From contig NC_068993.1 in the NCBI RefSeq assembly GCF_001194135.2, forward strand, positions 28,154,599 to 28,218,598: DNA of 64,000 nucleotides, in the 5' to 3' direction. Under the pieces are notes generated by a model, which saw nothing but the letters and a program-made list of their open reading frames with translations, made no database searches and was not told the DNA's origin. Positions 37,360 through 51,323 of the stretch are shown piece after piece; within the stretch, counting starts at the first letter, position 1, and each line of letters begins with the position of its first letter. Position numbers and translations under genes: made by a program. Source of the DNA: Octopus bimaculoides (lineage: Eukaryota).

Positions 37360-39345
37360 ATGGGCATTGCGCATAAAATAACCTAGTCCGGTTTTTCCAT
37401 TTCATGTCCGAATACATCTCCTGCTGTGGCTGCGTAGTCCTATCCTGGACAAACACTCCCTCTGACAGGTGATGCAGATGTAGTGAAGGCTTTGCCTGGC
37501 TGGTTGTGATGTCATGGCTTCTTGTTGACGTCTTTTCTTGTCTTTCCATTTCTCCTCTCTCCCTCTGTCACTCCTTTGTGTTCCATCTTCTATGGTGCAT
37601 CGCCAATCTCCACGCTTGCTGGCAACCACTTCCCAGTTGCTAATATTGATGTCGCAGGCCTTCATGTCCCTTTTGCAAACATCCTTGTATCGTAAGAACG
37701 GTCTTCCCACAGACCTAGTGCCTCTAGTAAGCTCTCCATAGAGTATGTCCTTAAGGATTCTGCCATCTTCCATACAACTAACATGTCCAAGCCATCTCAT
37801 ACGTCTTTGTGTGAGGAGTGCAAACATGCTTGGTATTCCTGCTTGCTTGAGGACATCTCTGTTGGGGACACGATTCTGCCATTTGATGCCAAGGATTTTC
37901 TGGAGGCAGCGCAGGTGAAAGATATTTAGGCGACGCTCTTGGCGTGTGTATGGCGTCCAGNNNNNNNNNNNNNNNNNNNNNCTAAGTAAACATGCCTGGT
38001 AAATCTTCATTCTTGTGGTCTTGGTCAGCTTATTGTTGTCCCATGCCCGTTTGGAGAGTTGGGTCATCACAGCAGCTGCCTTGCCAATGCGTATATTGAG
38101 CTCGGCATCAAGGGATAGGTTGTAGGTGACAGTAGAGACAAGATAGGTAAATTTCTCCACCTCCTGTAGTCTGTGGTCTCCAATATGTATGTTTGGGATG
38201 TCCGATGTAGCCTGACCCATGATGTTGGTCTTCTTGAGGCTGATAACTAAGCCAAAGTCGCTACATGCTTGCTCAAAGCAGTTGATGAGCCTTTGCAGGG
38301 TTTTTTCTGTGTGTGATACCAGAGCGGCATCATCAGCAAAAACCATCTCCTTGATCAGGACACTTCTGATTTTGGTCTTGGCATGCAGATGTGAGAAATT
38401 GAACAGTTTCCCATCACTTCTACTGTGCAGAAACACTCCATCATCTGATATCTCGAAGGCATATGACAGCAGCAGCGAGAAGATACCAAATAATGTAGGA
38501 GCAAGGACACAGCCTTGCTTTACCCCGTTTTTTTATTTGGAAGGCAGCTGATGTTGAATCATTGTGTTGTATGGTGCCTTGCATATCATCATGGAAAGAT
38601 TTGATGATCCTCAGCAGCTTTGGGGGACATCCGATTTTTTGAAGCAGGAGGAAGAGGCCTTTTCTACTTACCAAGTCAAAGGCCTTTGTCAGATCAATGA
38701 AGGCCATATGTAATGTCATTTTCTGCTCTCTGAACTTCTCCTGAAGTTGGTGTATGGAGAATATCATGTCAATAGTTGATCTGCTTCTTCTAAAGCCACA
38801 CTGCGATTCTGGATAAATTCGAGAAGCAAGCAGTTGTAGCCTGGACAGGATAACGCGAGCAAAGTTCTTTCCAGCAGTGCTGAGAAGAGATATTCCACGG
38901 TAATTGTTACAATCACCACGGTCACCTTTGTTTTTGTAAAGCGTAATGATGTTAGCATCCCGCATATCCTGAGGGGCTGTACCCTCTTCCCAGCACTGAC
39001 ATGCCGAAGCAGAGTGGTGTTTTTGCCGGCTTTGATGATCTCTGAGGGGATACCATCTTTTTCCGGAGCCTTGCCACTGGCCAGGGAGTCAATAGCCTTG
39101 GTGAGCTCCGCTGTAGAAGGCAGATTGTCAAGTTCGCACATGGCTTGCAAGATCTTAGCACCCTCCATTGCAGCCTCAGCGACCATGGTCTCCCGTGAGT
39201 AGAGACCCTGGTAGTACTCCACCCATCTATCCATTTGCTTGCTTTGGTCCTTGATGAGATCTCCAATAGTTGATTTCAGAGGGGCTGACTTGGTTTCAGT
39301 TGAACCGAGGGCCTTCTCCAAACCGGCATACATCCCACAGATGTC
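37360..39345 (-). mobile_element. Second RTE (BovB-like) LINE, 5'-truncated
   Basis: ORFs CNNYRGISLLS, FIDLTKAFD, MVFADDAAL, RWLGHV and terminal CITCQRECLSRIGLRSHSRRC. Confidence 0.92.
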
Positions 39346-39399
39346 ACCACTGCATGAATTGTCTCTTTGTCTCTGGGTTAGGAAATGTTCAAAGAACCA

Positions 39400-39830
39400 G
39401 CTGGATCTGCCTCAAACTGTCAGATTTTTCTATGGTGTGATCAACCTGGTGTACTTTTGATCAGGTGTCAGAAGACGTAGCACACACTGAGCAGAAACTT
39501 TTGTCATGCCAAGTTCACTGTGCAGAATAGCAATGGCTATTTGGTTTATAGTCAATTGCCTGTCACCCATCATCATGTGGTGAACACAATGTTTTCCTTG
39601 GTGGTAGCAGTTGCAGGATATACAGATCTTGAGTCATCTTCAAGACTCTCTCTTCCCCTCCTAAATTCAACTACCCACTTTTGCACTGTTGATAAAGCTG
39701 GAGCGTCATCCCTTAATGAAGCATCTACGTCAGCATTAATATCCTCTGTAGTTTAAACCTTTTTCTGCAGGTACTTGATAACATCACAAGTCTTCTTTGA
39801 ACAGTCAGTTGTCCGTTTACATGGGAAGAA
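39400..39830 (-). mobile_element. mariner transposase fragment
   Basis: Minus strand STVQKWVVEFRRGRESLEDDSRS and ELGMTKVSAQ. Confidence 0.7.
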
Positions 39831-40320
39831 ACATTGCAGTTATACTAACAAGAAGAGATGAAATTAATGCATACAAGATTTCACAACACTAGCATCACTC
39901 CTTCATAGACAGTATATGAACTTTTCAGCTCATCCTCATATATATAAGTACATGCATATACACATAGATATACATACATACACAAATGTATACTCATACA
40001 TGCATACACAGACATGAACTCACAAATATACTACATACACACATGTGCATGCATGTGTGCGTACGTATGTACTCATATACGTATGTACATGCATACGTAC
40101 ATGATGATGATGATGATGATGATCTGAAAAGGCAGTTAAATATCCATATATCAGAAAAGGTAAACAACACTGACAATTGGGATGAGACATATTTGCACTG
40201 TTTGAAATGTTAATTTCAAAGAGCTCTTGGGACTCAAAAGTCACTGATGTGTACATGCACAGAGAAAATATATCTAATAAGAAACAAGAAGTGGTCAAGT
40301 TTGGAATCAGAACTGACTAC

Positions 40321-40381
<61 letters not shown>

Positions 40382-40626
40382 CCCGGTGTTGAAACGGGGG
40401 GCCAGCTGATGATGGGAAATGTTTTCTATGTGGCTTGTGTGTTTTCTGTACTCTGGTTATCATTATTTTTTTGTCTACGTTTTGTTTGCAATGTCCTGTA
40501 CCCAGATATGAACCTATACATACAGGTGGATGTCGGTATGCACATACCTGTACGTATGTATGCATACACTCATTTATTATTTGTTTTTATATATATATGC
40601 GCACATGCACACACATTTTATCTTTA

Positions 40627-40778
40627 GGTCAACAAGACCATCATTGGTTTCATACTGAGAGAAATTTCTCAGCAGTTATCAAGCCTGCCACATGCAACAC
40701 TGGTACTCTCCATGTGACAGGCTTAATATTTGTTGAGAGATTTCTCTTGACAAGAAACCAATGATGGCCTTGTTGACC
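40627..40778. repeat. 152-nt hairpin/MITE-like palindrome
   Basis: Outer 25 bp pair with one mismatch (ggtcaacaagaccatcattggtttc / gaaaccaatgatggccttgttgacc); arms of about 68 nt and a 16-nt loop. Confidence 0.85.
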
Positions 40779-40941
40779 CACAAGTAAAGAATATTTATCC
40801 ACCAATGCAGTGTTGAGCACTCATTCTCACTGTTTGATATTAGCATGTGCAGGTGTGTGTGTGCATGTGCAGGTGTGTGTGTGCATGTGCAGGTGTGTGT
40901 GACTTCATTCATGTATTTATTTTTTCCCATTTATTTTTCAG

Positions 40942-41072
40942 ATGAAGTTCCTGCTCGCTTAAATAAAGTTCCCTCCCCCCACACGGATGTGAGTGAATCT
41001 AGTAACGAGAAGGTATATGTTGCTATCTATGACTACTCACCATATGATAAACGAGATCTCCAGTTGACCACT
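40942..41072 (+). CDS. Btk29A: Tec-family kinase exon: linker and start of SH3 domain
   Basis: Acceptor ttatttttcag|AT and donor ACT|gtaaga; phase 1 to 0, in frame with the previous exon. Translation DEVPARLNKVPSPHTDVSESSNEKVYVAIYDYSPYDKRDLQLTT contains the SH3 signature V-A-(I/L)-Y-D-Y...DL. PH-Btk-SH3 order indicates Tec family rather than GAP1/RASA. Confidence 0.88.
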
Positions 41073-41619
41073 GTAAGAGGCTTCCATTCACCTTTTCTTT
41101 TTTTATATTTCCAAGATGGTAGGATGGTATTGCTGCTTTTGTTGTTGTTATTGCTGTTATATACATACAGTATCCAGTCTAGGATTCATTATCATCATTT
41201 TAACTTTGCTTTCCAGACTAACACAGGCTGGACAGGTTATCACATTGTTCATTCTTATTTTAAGTTATTGCTCTCCTCAATAGATTGAGGACCATGTCTC
41301 ATTTATACATCCCACTTCTGGCATGGTTTCTATGGGTACATTTTATCATGGCACTACTATTACATGATCTAATGCATCCTTCTCTTCTTTTTAAAATGTC
41401 AGGATGTAATTTAAGAGAAATTTGAGTTTGAGTGACCACATAGTGGTTTTCTTGTTGGCTGGAGTAGGTTACAATAGTTACAAAATGTAGCTTCTTTAAT
41501 TTCCATCAACTTAGCACATGTCCTCTTAGCAGTAGACTCCATGACACATGTCTCATCTTTGTCTTAGATGGTAGAATTTGATTTAAAGAAGATTTGGTAA
41601 TGAGTATAGCAATGAATTC

Positions 41620-42975
41620 AGGATACAAGTAAGGGTTCACCAAGGATCAGTCCTCAGCCCCCTCTTGTTCATCATAGTCCTCCAGATAATAACAGAGGAA
41701 TTTAAGATAAGCTGCCCCTGGGAGCTCCTCTATGCTGATGACCTTGTTCTTATAGCTCAGTCACTACCAGAACTAAAGAAGAAATTTCAGATGTGGAAGG
41801 AATGTCAAGAATCAAAAGGCCTTAGAGTTAACTTAGTAAAAACCAAAATCTTAGTTAGTAGGAAAGCAGACAAATCACAAATCCCCTCAGGTAGATGGCT
41901 CTGTTTGATCTGTAGGAAAGGCGTAGGTAGAAATTCCATAAATTGTACCTGGTGTAAGCTATGGATACATAAGAGGTGCAGCAATATCAGAGGAAGGTTA
42001 ACAGGGAAACTAGTTTTTGTGTGTGGAAGGTGCACAGGTACAATTAACACTAAAAATGTACAGAAAATAGGCTTCACCAGATGCCAGGGGAAAAAATAGA
42101 AGTAGTTGATTAGCTTCCATTACCTAGGTGACCAAGTCAGTAGCAGGGGTGGATGCTCTGAGAGTGTAGCTGCTAGAATAAGAATAGGCTGGGCAAAGTG
42201 CAGAAAGCTCCTACCTCTGTTGGTGACGAAGGGCTTCTCCCTCAGAGTGAAAGGCAGATTGTATGATGCCTGTGTGTGAACAGCCATGCTACATGGCAGT
42301 GAAACATGGGCTGCGACTGCTGAGGACATGCATAAGCTTGAAAGAAATGAAGTTAATATGCTTCGCTGGATGTGCAATGTCAGTGTGCATGTATGACAGA
42401 GTGTAAATGGTAAATGTCTTGAGAGAAAAGTTGGGCACAAGAGACATCAGATGTGGTGTGCAAGAAAGATGACTGCATTGGTATGGTGATGTGATGCATT
42501 TAGATGAGGACAGCTGTGAAGATTTGTCAAACCAAGTGAAATCATGGTTGTAACCATTGTTGGTGTCACATAGCTGACACCCAAACCAGTGGCTTGTAAA
42601 AAGCACCTTTTGAGTGTTGGGCCTCACAGAGGCAATGTGGCTGATGCTGGTGTTGCATAACTAGCACTAGTGCTGGTGGCACATAAAAAGCACCTTTCAA
42701 GTGCTGGGCTTCACGGAAGCAATGACAAATGACTGAGACCTTTGGCAATATGCTGGGCTTCAGAAGACCCATCAAACCAAGTGAAATCACAGTCATGGCA
42801 GGTACTGGTGTCACACAACTGGCACCTCTGCTGGTGGTACGTAAAAATACCCAAGCATTAAAAAGGGCATCCAGCTGTAGAAACCATGCCAAATCAGACT
42901 GGAGTCAGCTTACCAGCCCTAGTCAAACCATCTAACCCATGCCAGAGTAGACAATGGACTCTAAATGATGAGGAT
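41620..42975 (+). mobile_element. Degenerate RTE-X-like LINE 3' portion
   Basis: ORF PWELLYADDLVL..CRKGVGRNSINCTWCKLWIHKRC and 3' tail. Confidence 0.85.
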
Positions 42976-43599
42976 GATGAAAATTTGCTTACTGCTTCTT
43001 ACACCAAGCAATCATATAACAGATTCCCTCATTGGATCATTGTTTTATTGTTTTTTTTTCGATTTTTATATCCTGTTCAGTCCATCACCATCATTATCAT
43101 CATCATTTTAATATCTGGACTAACAAGGTAATCTCTACAGTTGTTGCCCAGGTGAACAAGTATGTACACATCTTTCTTCTCAAATGTGTCCTTCCTTCTT
43201 TGGGAGAATTTAGCTACTATTTCTAGTGGGTTATTTGAAAACTAGCAACCACTAGAGGCTATCTCATTTGACCCATACAAACATGGAAAATTGGACATTA
43301 AATGATCATGGTGATAGGTACATGAGGACATATTTGGTAATTCAATAAAAGAGAGTCACTGAAGAAATCACAAGATGTGTGACGAAATATTTCCAGACAA
43401 AGGACATAAAGTAAAAACAATAATAAAATAAATCTGAAGTGAAGAATGAATATATAGTGCATGTGTTTATTTGACAGAAAAAATAAATAAAATGACCATC
43501 TCAAAATGTAACAATATCTATTTCAACACACAATTTCACATCAGAAATCTTGCAAAACAAATACATACCAAATGTATTTTATTAAAAAATTTGTGCACA

Positions 43600-44620
43600 T
43601 GTTCTTGATAAGATTTGTTTTCCATAAGCTTATTCTGTGTATCCACTTTCAGCTTCAATGACTGCCTTAATGTAGGGCCAGAATCATTGACATGCTTGCA
43701 CTAAATGATCTTTGATTTCCAAGACATCACCTGAACAATAGTATTGTGAGGATGTTGATTAGTCTCCCTTACACTGACTATCCAAATGCAGTAGTTGATG
43801 GGATTTAAATCTGGCAAATTTGAAGGCTACATATTTAGTGTTACATGATTGTAAAAATTGTGTGACATCCATTCGTGGGTTATGTTGCCTTTGGGGGAAT
43901 ATGCTAAATTTTGTTGAAACACATATGGCCTTTCATTGCATACTCCATCCATCCTGGACTATAACAACTGCCTCCATCTCTTCAACATATCCAGTAGCAT
44001 TAATTTTAAGACCCTGTGGAAAAATGTCAGGGGTCATGATATGACTTTCGTTACTCACCACTCCTAAAACTATCATTTGCTGGAAACCTTGTGTGCATCA
44101 CTCTTGAGATATCTGAATGATCTGCATATTATTTCTCTTGTTAAACTTTTATTCCTGGTCACAGTTTTTCTCATCAGAGAACTAAAATATGCCATGCTTG
44201 TGTTGGTTTATTACCTTGTTAAGTAACCACTTGACATGGATCTCAGTGTTCTTCATCATAGCAGATCAAAAGGTTTTGCTGTCTTTGCAGACATTGAGTG
44301 GCCTCCCCTCAGTACATACAACAAGTATCAAATGTCCTTGTAAAACACAGTTCTGATAGTCCACTTCAACACCTGAAATTCTTTAGCAATGGCCCTCATT
44401 GATTTTCTGGGCTCATTATAAACAATGATTTGAGCCCACTGGATGAATTGCAGTGTCCCTATAGTGTCTGAGCATTTAGGATTTGTTTTCTCATTGTTAT
44501 AGTTGAAACATTCCTGCCAGAGGCTTCCAGTTCCAACTGAACGTTGTGTATGAAAGATCTTGGCAATTCATAAATTCTTGTTCTGCACATATGGCAACAA
44601 TGACTGCATGATTTTTCATT
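43600..44620 (-). mobile_element. Decayed maT (DD37D-like) Tc1/mariner element
   Basis: Minus strand across frameshifts shows HIMTPDIFPQGLKINATGY, YVFQQ and PDLNPINY. Confidence 0.6.
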
Positions 44621-45235
44621 CCCTGTGTTTACACTTTAACTGCTATGGATGGGGGATATGTATGTATAAGAGAATTGTATATAATCCTTAAATTATATAA
44701 TGCTAGTATGTTAAATAAGTTTTCAGACGTGATCCCCTCCTGTAGCCATAAATTTCACTCTACATTTCTAAAAACCTATAAAATTAGATCTATTATTTCT
44801 ATCTTATATCCTAGATGTATAAGGAATTTTTAGATGATTTAGGTGCTTTGACATTTTTATTCCTATGTTTATCAACCTCTCATTTGTTTTGCATCTCCTA
44901 TATTTATCATGCATAACTCTTTACATGTAATCTTTATTTATATGTAATTTTATGTTTTTATATTTCTATATTTTTATGTATGTTTGGTTTTATTCTTTAC
45001 ACCCTTGGAGAATCTTTACACCTGTACATGCATGATTTATGTTGATGTGTATAAATATATAGTTCAATTACATTGATTGAATATCTTCATTTGTGTGTTC
45101 GAGAATCTCTCTGACTGCCTATGATTTGCGTTTTTAATTTCCTCTACTCTGTATTTTTTCACATTGGCTCTCTATGATCACTCTGTAAATAGCCCATACT
45201 TTCTATAACATACTTAATATTATATATATATATAT

Positions 45236-46070
45236 ACTAGCTGGCCCTGTGTCGTCAAAAGTGCCGGCTAATTGTTGTATTTTATATATAAAAAGAGTAC
45301 AGAAAGGTTAAAAAACAAATCAAACAGTGCTTCAACTCTGTGTGTGTGTGCAGATGTATACATTTATATGTATGAGTAGCACAGTCTGTAGCGAATGCGG
45401 TTTTCTATACTTTGTCACAGCCTGCTTCCTTCCTTTTTTAAGTGTCTGTTTACATATATATATGTATGTGTAAATGCACATCTGTCTGTAATTCTATTTT
45501 TTATGTATCTTTCTAAATAAACACACACAAACACATATACACTCACTCATATATATAATTATATTTTACACAAACACACACATATACACACATACACAAA
45601 CATTCACATTCCTCCCTTTTACATGCACACACATATACTCACACAGAGTTGAAGCGCTGTTTGATTTTTGTTTCACCGTCAACTTTTCATCATCCCACTT
45701 CCATCGGTGGATCGCCCCTTCCTTTCTCATTCATATGTTGTGATGGGGAAATACACAAGAGTATTATTATAGTAGATTATTATAGTAGAAGATACGCGAT
45801 GCTCTTTTTGCCACATCCTTTCTCTCATTGCTATTACTTTCTCTTACTCCCTCTCAGTCATGGCTATTACTCTCACTTCTTCTCCTTCACTGAATTACTA
45901 TTTACTCTCCTCTCTCTTCACCAGTCACTCCTACTGCATGATTTTGGACAAAAAATATATATATATAAACGGCGGTGCATCAGTATGGCCACAGCTCTCA
46001 GCTGAAACTATAGAAAAAAAAATATACAAATATATAAACACACTACGCTCATTATTATATTAGGAGATAT
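45236..46070. mobile_element. Possible non-autonomous Helitron-like element
   Basis: Starts tACTAGctggccc and ends ctacgctcattattatattag..; a similar start ACTAGcagaggcacccggcgttgcc occurs at about 63645. Confidence 0.3.
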
Positions 46071-46119
46071 ATATATATATGTATGTATGTGTGTGTGTAT
46101 ATATATATATATATATCCA

Positions 46120-46344
46120 CAGTAATCCCTCGCCATATCCTGGTTCACCTATCACAGTTTATTATTTAAGCTGACGTCAATTCCTTTAAGCTGTTGTTTT
46201 GCATTTATAATAAAATAAATATATACAATTTATAAAAGTAATGAAAAAAATATACAGTACATTACTGTTTCTACTTCGCAGATTTTCACCTATCGTGAGG
46301 GTGGGATGTTAGAACGTAACACCCACGATAGTCGAGGGATTACT
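46120..46344. mobile_element. Tigger-like MITE
   Basis: TIRs CAGTAATCCCTCG / CGAGGGATTACT; the right end abuts an N gap. Confidence 0.75.
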
Positions 46345-48561
46345 NNNNNNNNNNNNNNNNNNNNNNNNNNNNNNNNNNNNNNNNNNNNNNNNNNNNNNNN
46401 NNNNNNNNNNNNNNNNNNNNNNNNNNNNNNNNNNNNNNNNNNNNNNNNNNNNNNNNNNNNNNNNNNNNNNNNNNNNNNNNNNNNNNNNNNNNNNNNNNNN
46501 NNNNNNNNNNNNNNNNNNTATATATATATATATTCCAAAAAATTAACAAAAGCACAACAAATGGAAAATTCATAGTTAATTCCTCATCTCTCAGTGTCCA
46601 AAAGATCATAATTTTACACCATTAACGATATTGTTCACTTTTGGTGGTGCCAGCAGCGAGAAGCCACTGGGAATTACTAACAAACATACAGGACAAATAC
46701 AAAACAAACATGACAAAATAAAATAATTATACATATACAACGAAAAAAGGCCACTGTTTGTTCTGACTTTCTATCTGTTCCTTTCTTGTTTCCAGTCTTA
46801 CAGGACATTTTCATTTTCCTTTGTGTTACACAATATCTGACTGTGTCAAAAAGTGGAGCAGAGAGAAGTGTGACTGATTGAGTCAACAATGAGGTGAAAA
46901 AGGAAATGGATGAGAGAGGTGCGAATGGTCATATGTGTGTATGTATGAGAAAGAGAGTGATGGGCAACAGACTGAAAACTCTGAGTCTGTGGGGATAGAG
47001 TCTTCATATTTGACTTCTGGGCATACCTATCTACATACAAATAATGACCATTTTGCTTTCACATGAGTTAGTTGCTCACTTATATTAGATTTTGTGCACA
47101 ACAAATTTAAGTTAGTCACCTTACAGTTTGTGTTACTAATTACTAAAAGTCTAGTTTTATATCTAAGATGGCTGGCTAACAACATGTGAAATTTATAAAA
47201 CCCATTTATTGAAAAATGAACAGATACAAAATAAATTTAAAAACAGAATATTGTATGAGTAAAAAATATGTATATATAAAAGCTAAGTCAAGATATAAAT
47301 TAATATACAAGATGTTTTGTTGAGAGAGAAGGGAAATGTTAAAGAGAAAGAGAATGGTCATATTGTCAGAGGAAAGAAGAGAGAAAATAAGTTACAGAGA
47401 ATATGATTTGATTGAGTGACAGAGAAACAGAGATTATATAAATGAGTATGTATATGTGTGAGGGCAGTGAGAGGGGAGCAGAGGTTCCAGAAAATAAAAG
47501 AGAAAGAAAAAGAAGCAGAAATTACAAAAATAAAAGAAATAAAAAAGGGAGAGGAAGAGAGAATATAATAGGAAGAAGCTCCCCCTTTTTCATGAGAAGA
47601 CTTTATGGAATTATTATTACTCAATGTGATGGCAGACTCATACCCACCATTATTGGAAATATATCAACAGGGAAATCTCAATATCGTTACTTAGGCTGGA
47701 AATAACAGTCAAATCTCCTTCTAATTCAATCCTACCATCTTAAAAACAGATCATTTGACAATGTACTTCTAGATATGCTACCTGAAGAAAAAAGATAGAA
47801 TGACCATGGCTGAAAGACCTTTGATAATATGTATACTCAATCAGGGCACATATGACACTAAACAATGACATAAATATGAACCTGTAAGACAGCCTCTGAG
47901 CCATTACTCTACATACTAGAAATAGCAGTTAACTGTCCATCAAATCCTACCACTCTGTCTAAAGGGAAAGACTCATTGAATAATGTAATTCTAGAAACAC
48001 CAAATTTTAAAAAAATAATGATGATCATGATGGCCACAGTTGGAACTCCTTTGATAATAGACCTGCTGGATCAATATTTATCTGGGGCTAAACAATAACA
48101 ACATACACAGGTGCCAAAGTGTGGGTAGGATGGATAGCTGACCCAAAGTATGGATGCAATATCTTTACATGAGACATGTTTTTTTTTTTTTTGTTCATGT
48201 CATTAGAAATTTGAGTTCAAGGGTTGCAGGGTACTAAAATATAATTATGATAGCTGAATGCTATTCAGCTACTAACTTAAAAGTCTTGAGCTCTAAACTC
48301 ACTAAGTATTTTGTCAAGTATTTGTGAAAGTGCACTTAGTTCTATGTACAGTTTAGATGAGCTTTAGGAGTATATTACCTGACATAGAGAAGCATCATTT
48401 CCTGGGTAGATTTAACTCACATCTGCTTAATACTGCCAAGCAATTATAGCTAAGCAGTACTGCATCTTAAAAGCCCCTTAAGGATTAGGAGATATTTTAT
48501 GATTTCCCTTTCAATTTTTTTATTTATTTATATCTCTGGTAAGGCAGACAGGTATGTATAT

Positions 48562-51271
48562 TTTTATATCCTTGACAAACGTTGAATATATAATTTAACA
48601 AAGCAGAGGTAAAAATTAATGTGTTCACATGAGACTCCAAAATGCCCTCTCAATGACTCATGCTGACCTCTCGTCTCAACCAATACGCTACTCTTTATAA
48701 GAGTTCAGCTAGTCCATTCTTCCAATCTCCCGGGGGGTGTCAATGACCCTTGCCACAACATTTTCCCCTTTGAGATTGACTTCTGTTCGAAGTTAATATT
48801 ATTATTTTTATGTATTTATTTTTCTTTCATCACATCTCCCTTTTTGAGATTTTCCTCCTAAGGAAGTTTAATACTTTTTTTCCATTTAGGCACTACTTCA
48901 AACCATTCTGTTTGTTTCCTCTTTCTTGTGCTGCTACACCTAGGTTCAATTTCTTGTGGCATTGGAACATTGAAGGTATCACAGAACACTTCCGTGGGTA
49001 TCTTTCACTAGCATCTGCTGCCAATACTATTTCTAAATTTGGGTTAAAATGTGATAATGAAAATTCTGACATTAAGTTGTTTTTAATTTCTTCAAAAGCT
49101 TTTATTCTTTCAAAGACCTTTTTAACATGCTCAGCCTGATGACCCCGCGATTCACTTTTTATGAGTATGATGTCAAGCTACAGAGAAATCTAAACCTGCA
49201 GGCTTAATGTCCATAACTTGTTGGGAAATACCAGGTGCTACCTTTATACCAAAAGGAGTCGATTAAATTTATACAACTCTTTATGGGTAATTATTGTCAA
49301 TAAGTTTGAACATTCCTTATATGCTTCAGATATGTCCAACTTTGAAAAAAATTTTCCTCCATTCAGCTTCACAAAAATTTCCTCCAGACTTGGTAATGGA
49401 TAATTATGTGGCATCATTCGTTTAATCCCATTGAAAAATCAGCGCATACTCAGATTTTATTATTTTTTTCTTAACATAAACTTTTGGGCACGCCCATTTT
49501 ATAATCAGTTTTTTCAATGATGCCAAGCTTTTCAAGTCTATCCAATTCTTCGTTGATTTGTTTCAATGCTGTGAAAGGTACCGTTTATTTTTGTTTAAAA
49601 ACCTGTATAATGTTTGCTTTCACTTGAAACTTTGCTTTGATTTTGGTGCAAAAACCCAATTCATCAGAAAAAACGTCAGGAAAATTTTTTTTTTATTCCT
49701 TTTTTTAAATTCTCCGATGCCTTATTTGTACTGGCGGAAGAACCATTCACATTTTTACCAAAAAATATTTATGGAGAGGTCCCAAAAGTTAAACAGTTCC
49801 ATCCAGTCTGTTCCAAATAGATTTGTCATATTTTTCAACACAAAAGCTTTGGCTTTCAAGGTTTTCAGGGTTTTTCATTGAAATGTAAATTCACTTGTCA
49901 TTTCGCCCATAAAATGCAATTTTTTACCTGAAACACCTCATGCAATTTTTGAAGTTTCCTTTAATCTAGGTTTCTGTATTTTTCTCCTTGTATCTGTATT
50001 AATTATCGTGATATCACTGCCCATATCCATTTGTAACTTGCTATTCACAATATTCATTTTTATGGACACAAATATTGTTTTCTGAGCCCCACTTAGTATT
50101 TTTGTAAACAATACATTCTTTCTAGAATTTTTTTGTTTCATTATACAATGTGAACTTTTATGTCCAATTTTTCCACACTCAAAACATTTACGATTTTTAA
50201 AAGGACAGTTCTAAAATGTAAATCTCTGCACCCATAGCATGGATTCGGTCTTGACGTTCATTTCTCCTTTTTCTTATCCATTTCAGGATGACACGCATGT
50301 ATCTGAGAGCAATCTTTTTCTTCAATTTTGTCTGTGTCATGTCTTAAATTTATAATCCTCTGACATTTTTCAGCCACTGCCTGTAGAGTCAATTTTTGGT
50401 CCTGTTCTAATTTTGTTAATATACAGGAATGTATATCAGAATCTTTTCTTACATTTAACTCTTGAACAAAAATTAGACATTTGAACAAATCTAGGGTTAA
50501 TTCGTTTAATTTGAATTTTTCACACCCTGTGTTAACGACCCCAGCATAGGTGACGAAATCTTCATCATCTTTTTTAACTATATTTAAACACTGCCAACAA
50601 TTATTGAACAAGGAACTTCTTTTACTGAAAATTCTCGATAATAAATTAATTGTTTCATTGAAATGAGTCTCACCTGGTTTCTTTGGCAGAATATGTTGCA
50701 GTATTTTTCATGTTCGGCAGGGGAAAACTTTCTTAAAAGTAGTCACACCTTCTTGTCATTCCAATTTTTACATTCTTCTTTGAACATTTCTTTGTATCTT
50801 CGAAAATATGCAGAAAAAGTAGTACTACCTTCTGGATTATAAATTAAATTCTCCAATTGAGTTTGCTACGCTGTCTGACAATAACGAACTTAAAGTATTT
50901 TCAGACTTTTTCAACATTACTTCCAGTAACTGTTGGTATTGTTGTTGTTGTTGCTGTTACAACTGCACGACGCAAGCCAATAAGTCTTCCATGTTAATGA
51001 TTTTTTTCTTTGATTTCTTATCCCCCAAAAATTTTAACGACTGACACAAGCTTCGAATATCTCGTTGCCACTTTTATATCTTTGGCAAATGTTGGATATA
51101 TAATTTAACCAAGTGGAGGTAAAATCAATGTTCACACAACATACTTCGCAAGACTCCAAAATGTCCTCTCAAGAACTCTTACTGACCTCTTGTCTCAACC
51201 AATACACTACTCTTATAAGAGTTTGGCTAGTCCATTCTTCCAATCCCCTAGGAGTGTCAATGACTCTCGCC

Positions 51272-51277
<6 letters not shown>
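48562..51277 (-). mobile_element. Internally deleted Ty3/Gypsy LTR retrotransposon
   Basis: Diverged LTRs at about 48562-48760 and 51072-51277 starting TGTTG on the minus strand, PBS-like TGGCAACGAG (51061-70), PPT AAAGGGGAAAA. Remnants of gag with C..C....H....C knuckle, protease (QMDMGSD) and RT; no integrase seen. Confidence 0.85.

Positions 51278-51323
<46 letters not shown>

Noticed and set aside
46630-46690. HFWWCQQREATGNY as possible SH3 continuation
   Set aside because: In-frame stop follows, there is no acceptor, and the spacing is wrong.
555-48105. Apparent all-plus orientation of the old dispersed repeat family
   Set aside because: A minus-strand copy exists near 8900-9000 and copy calls are too rough.
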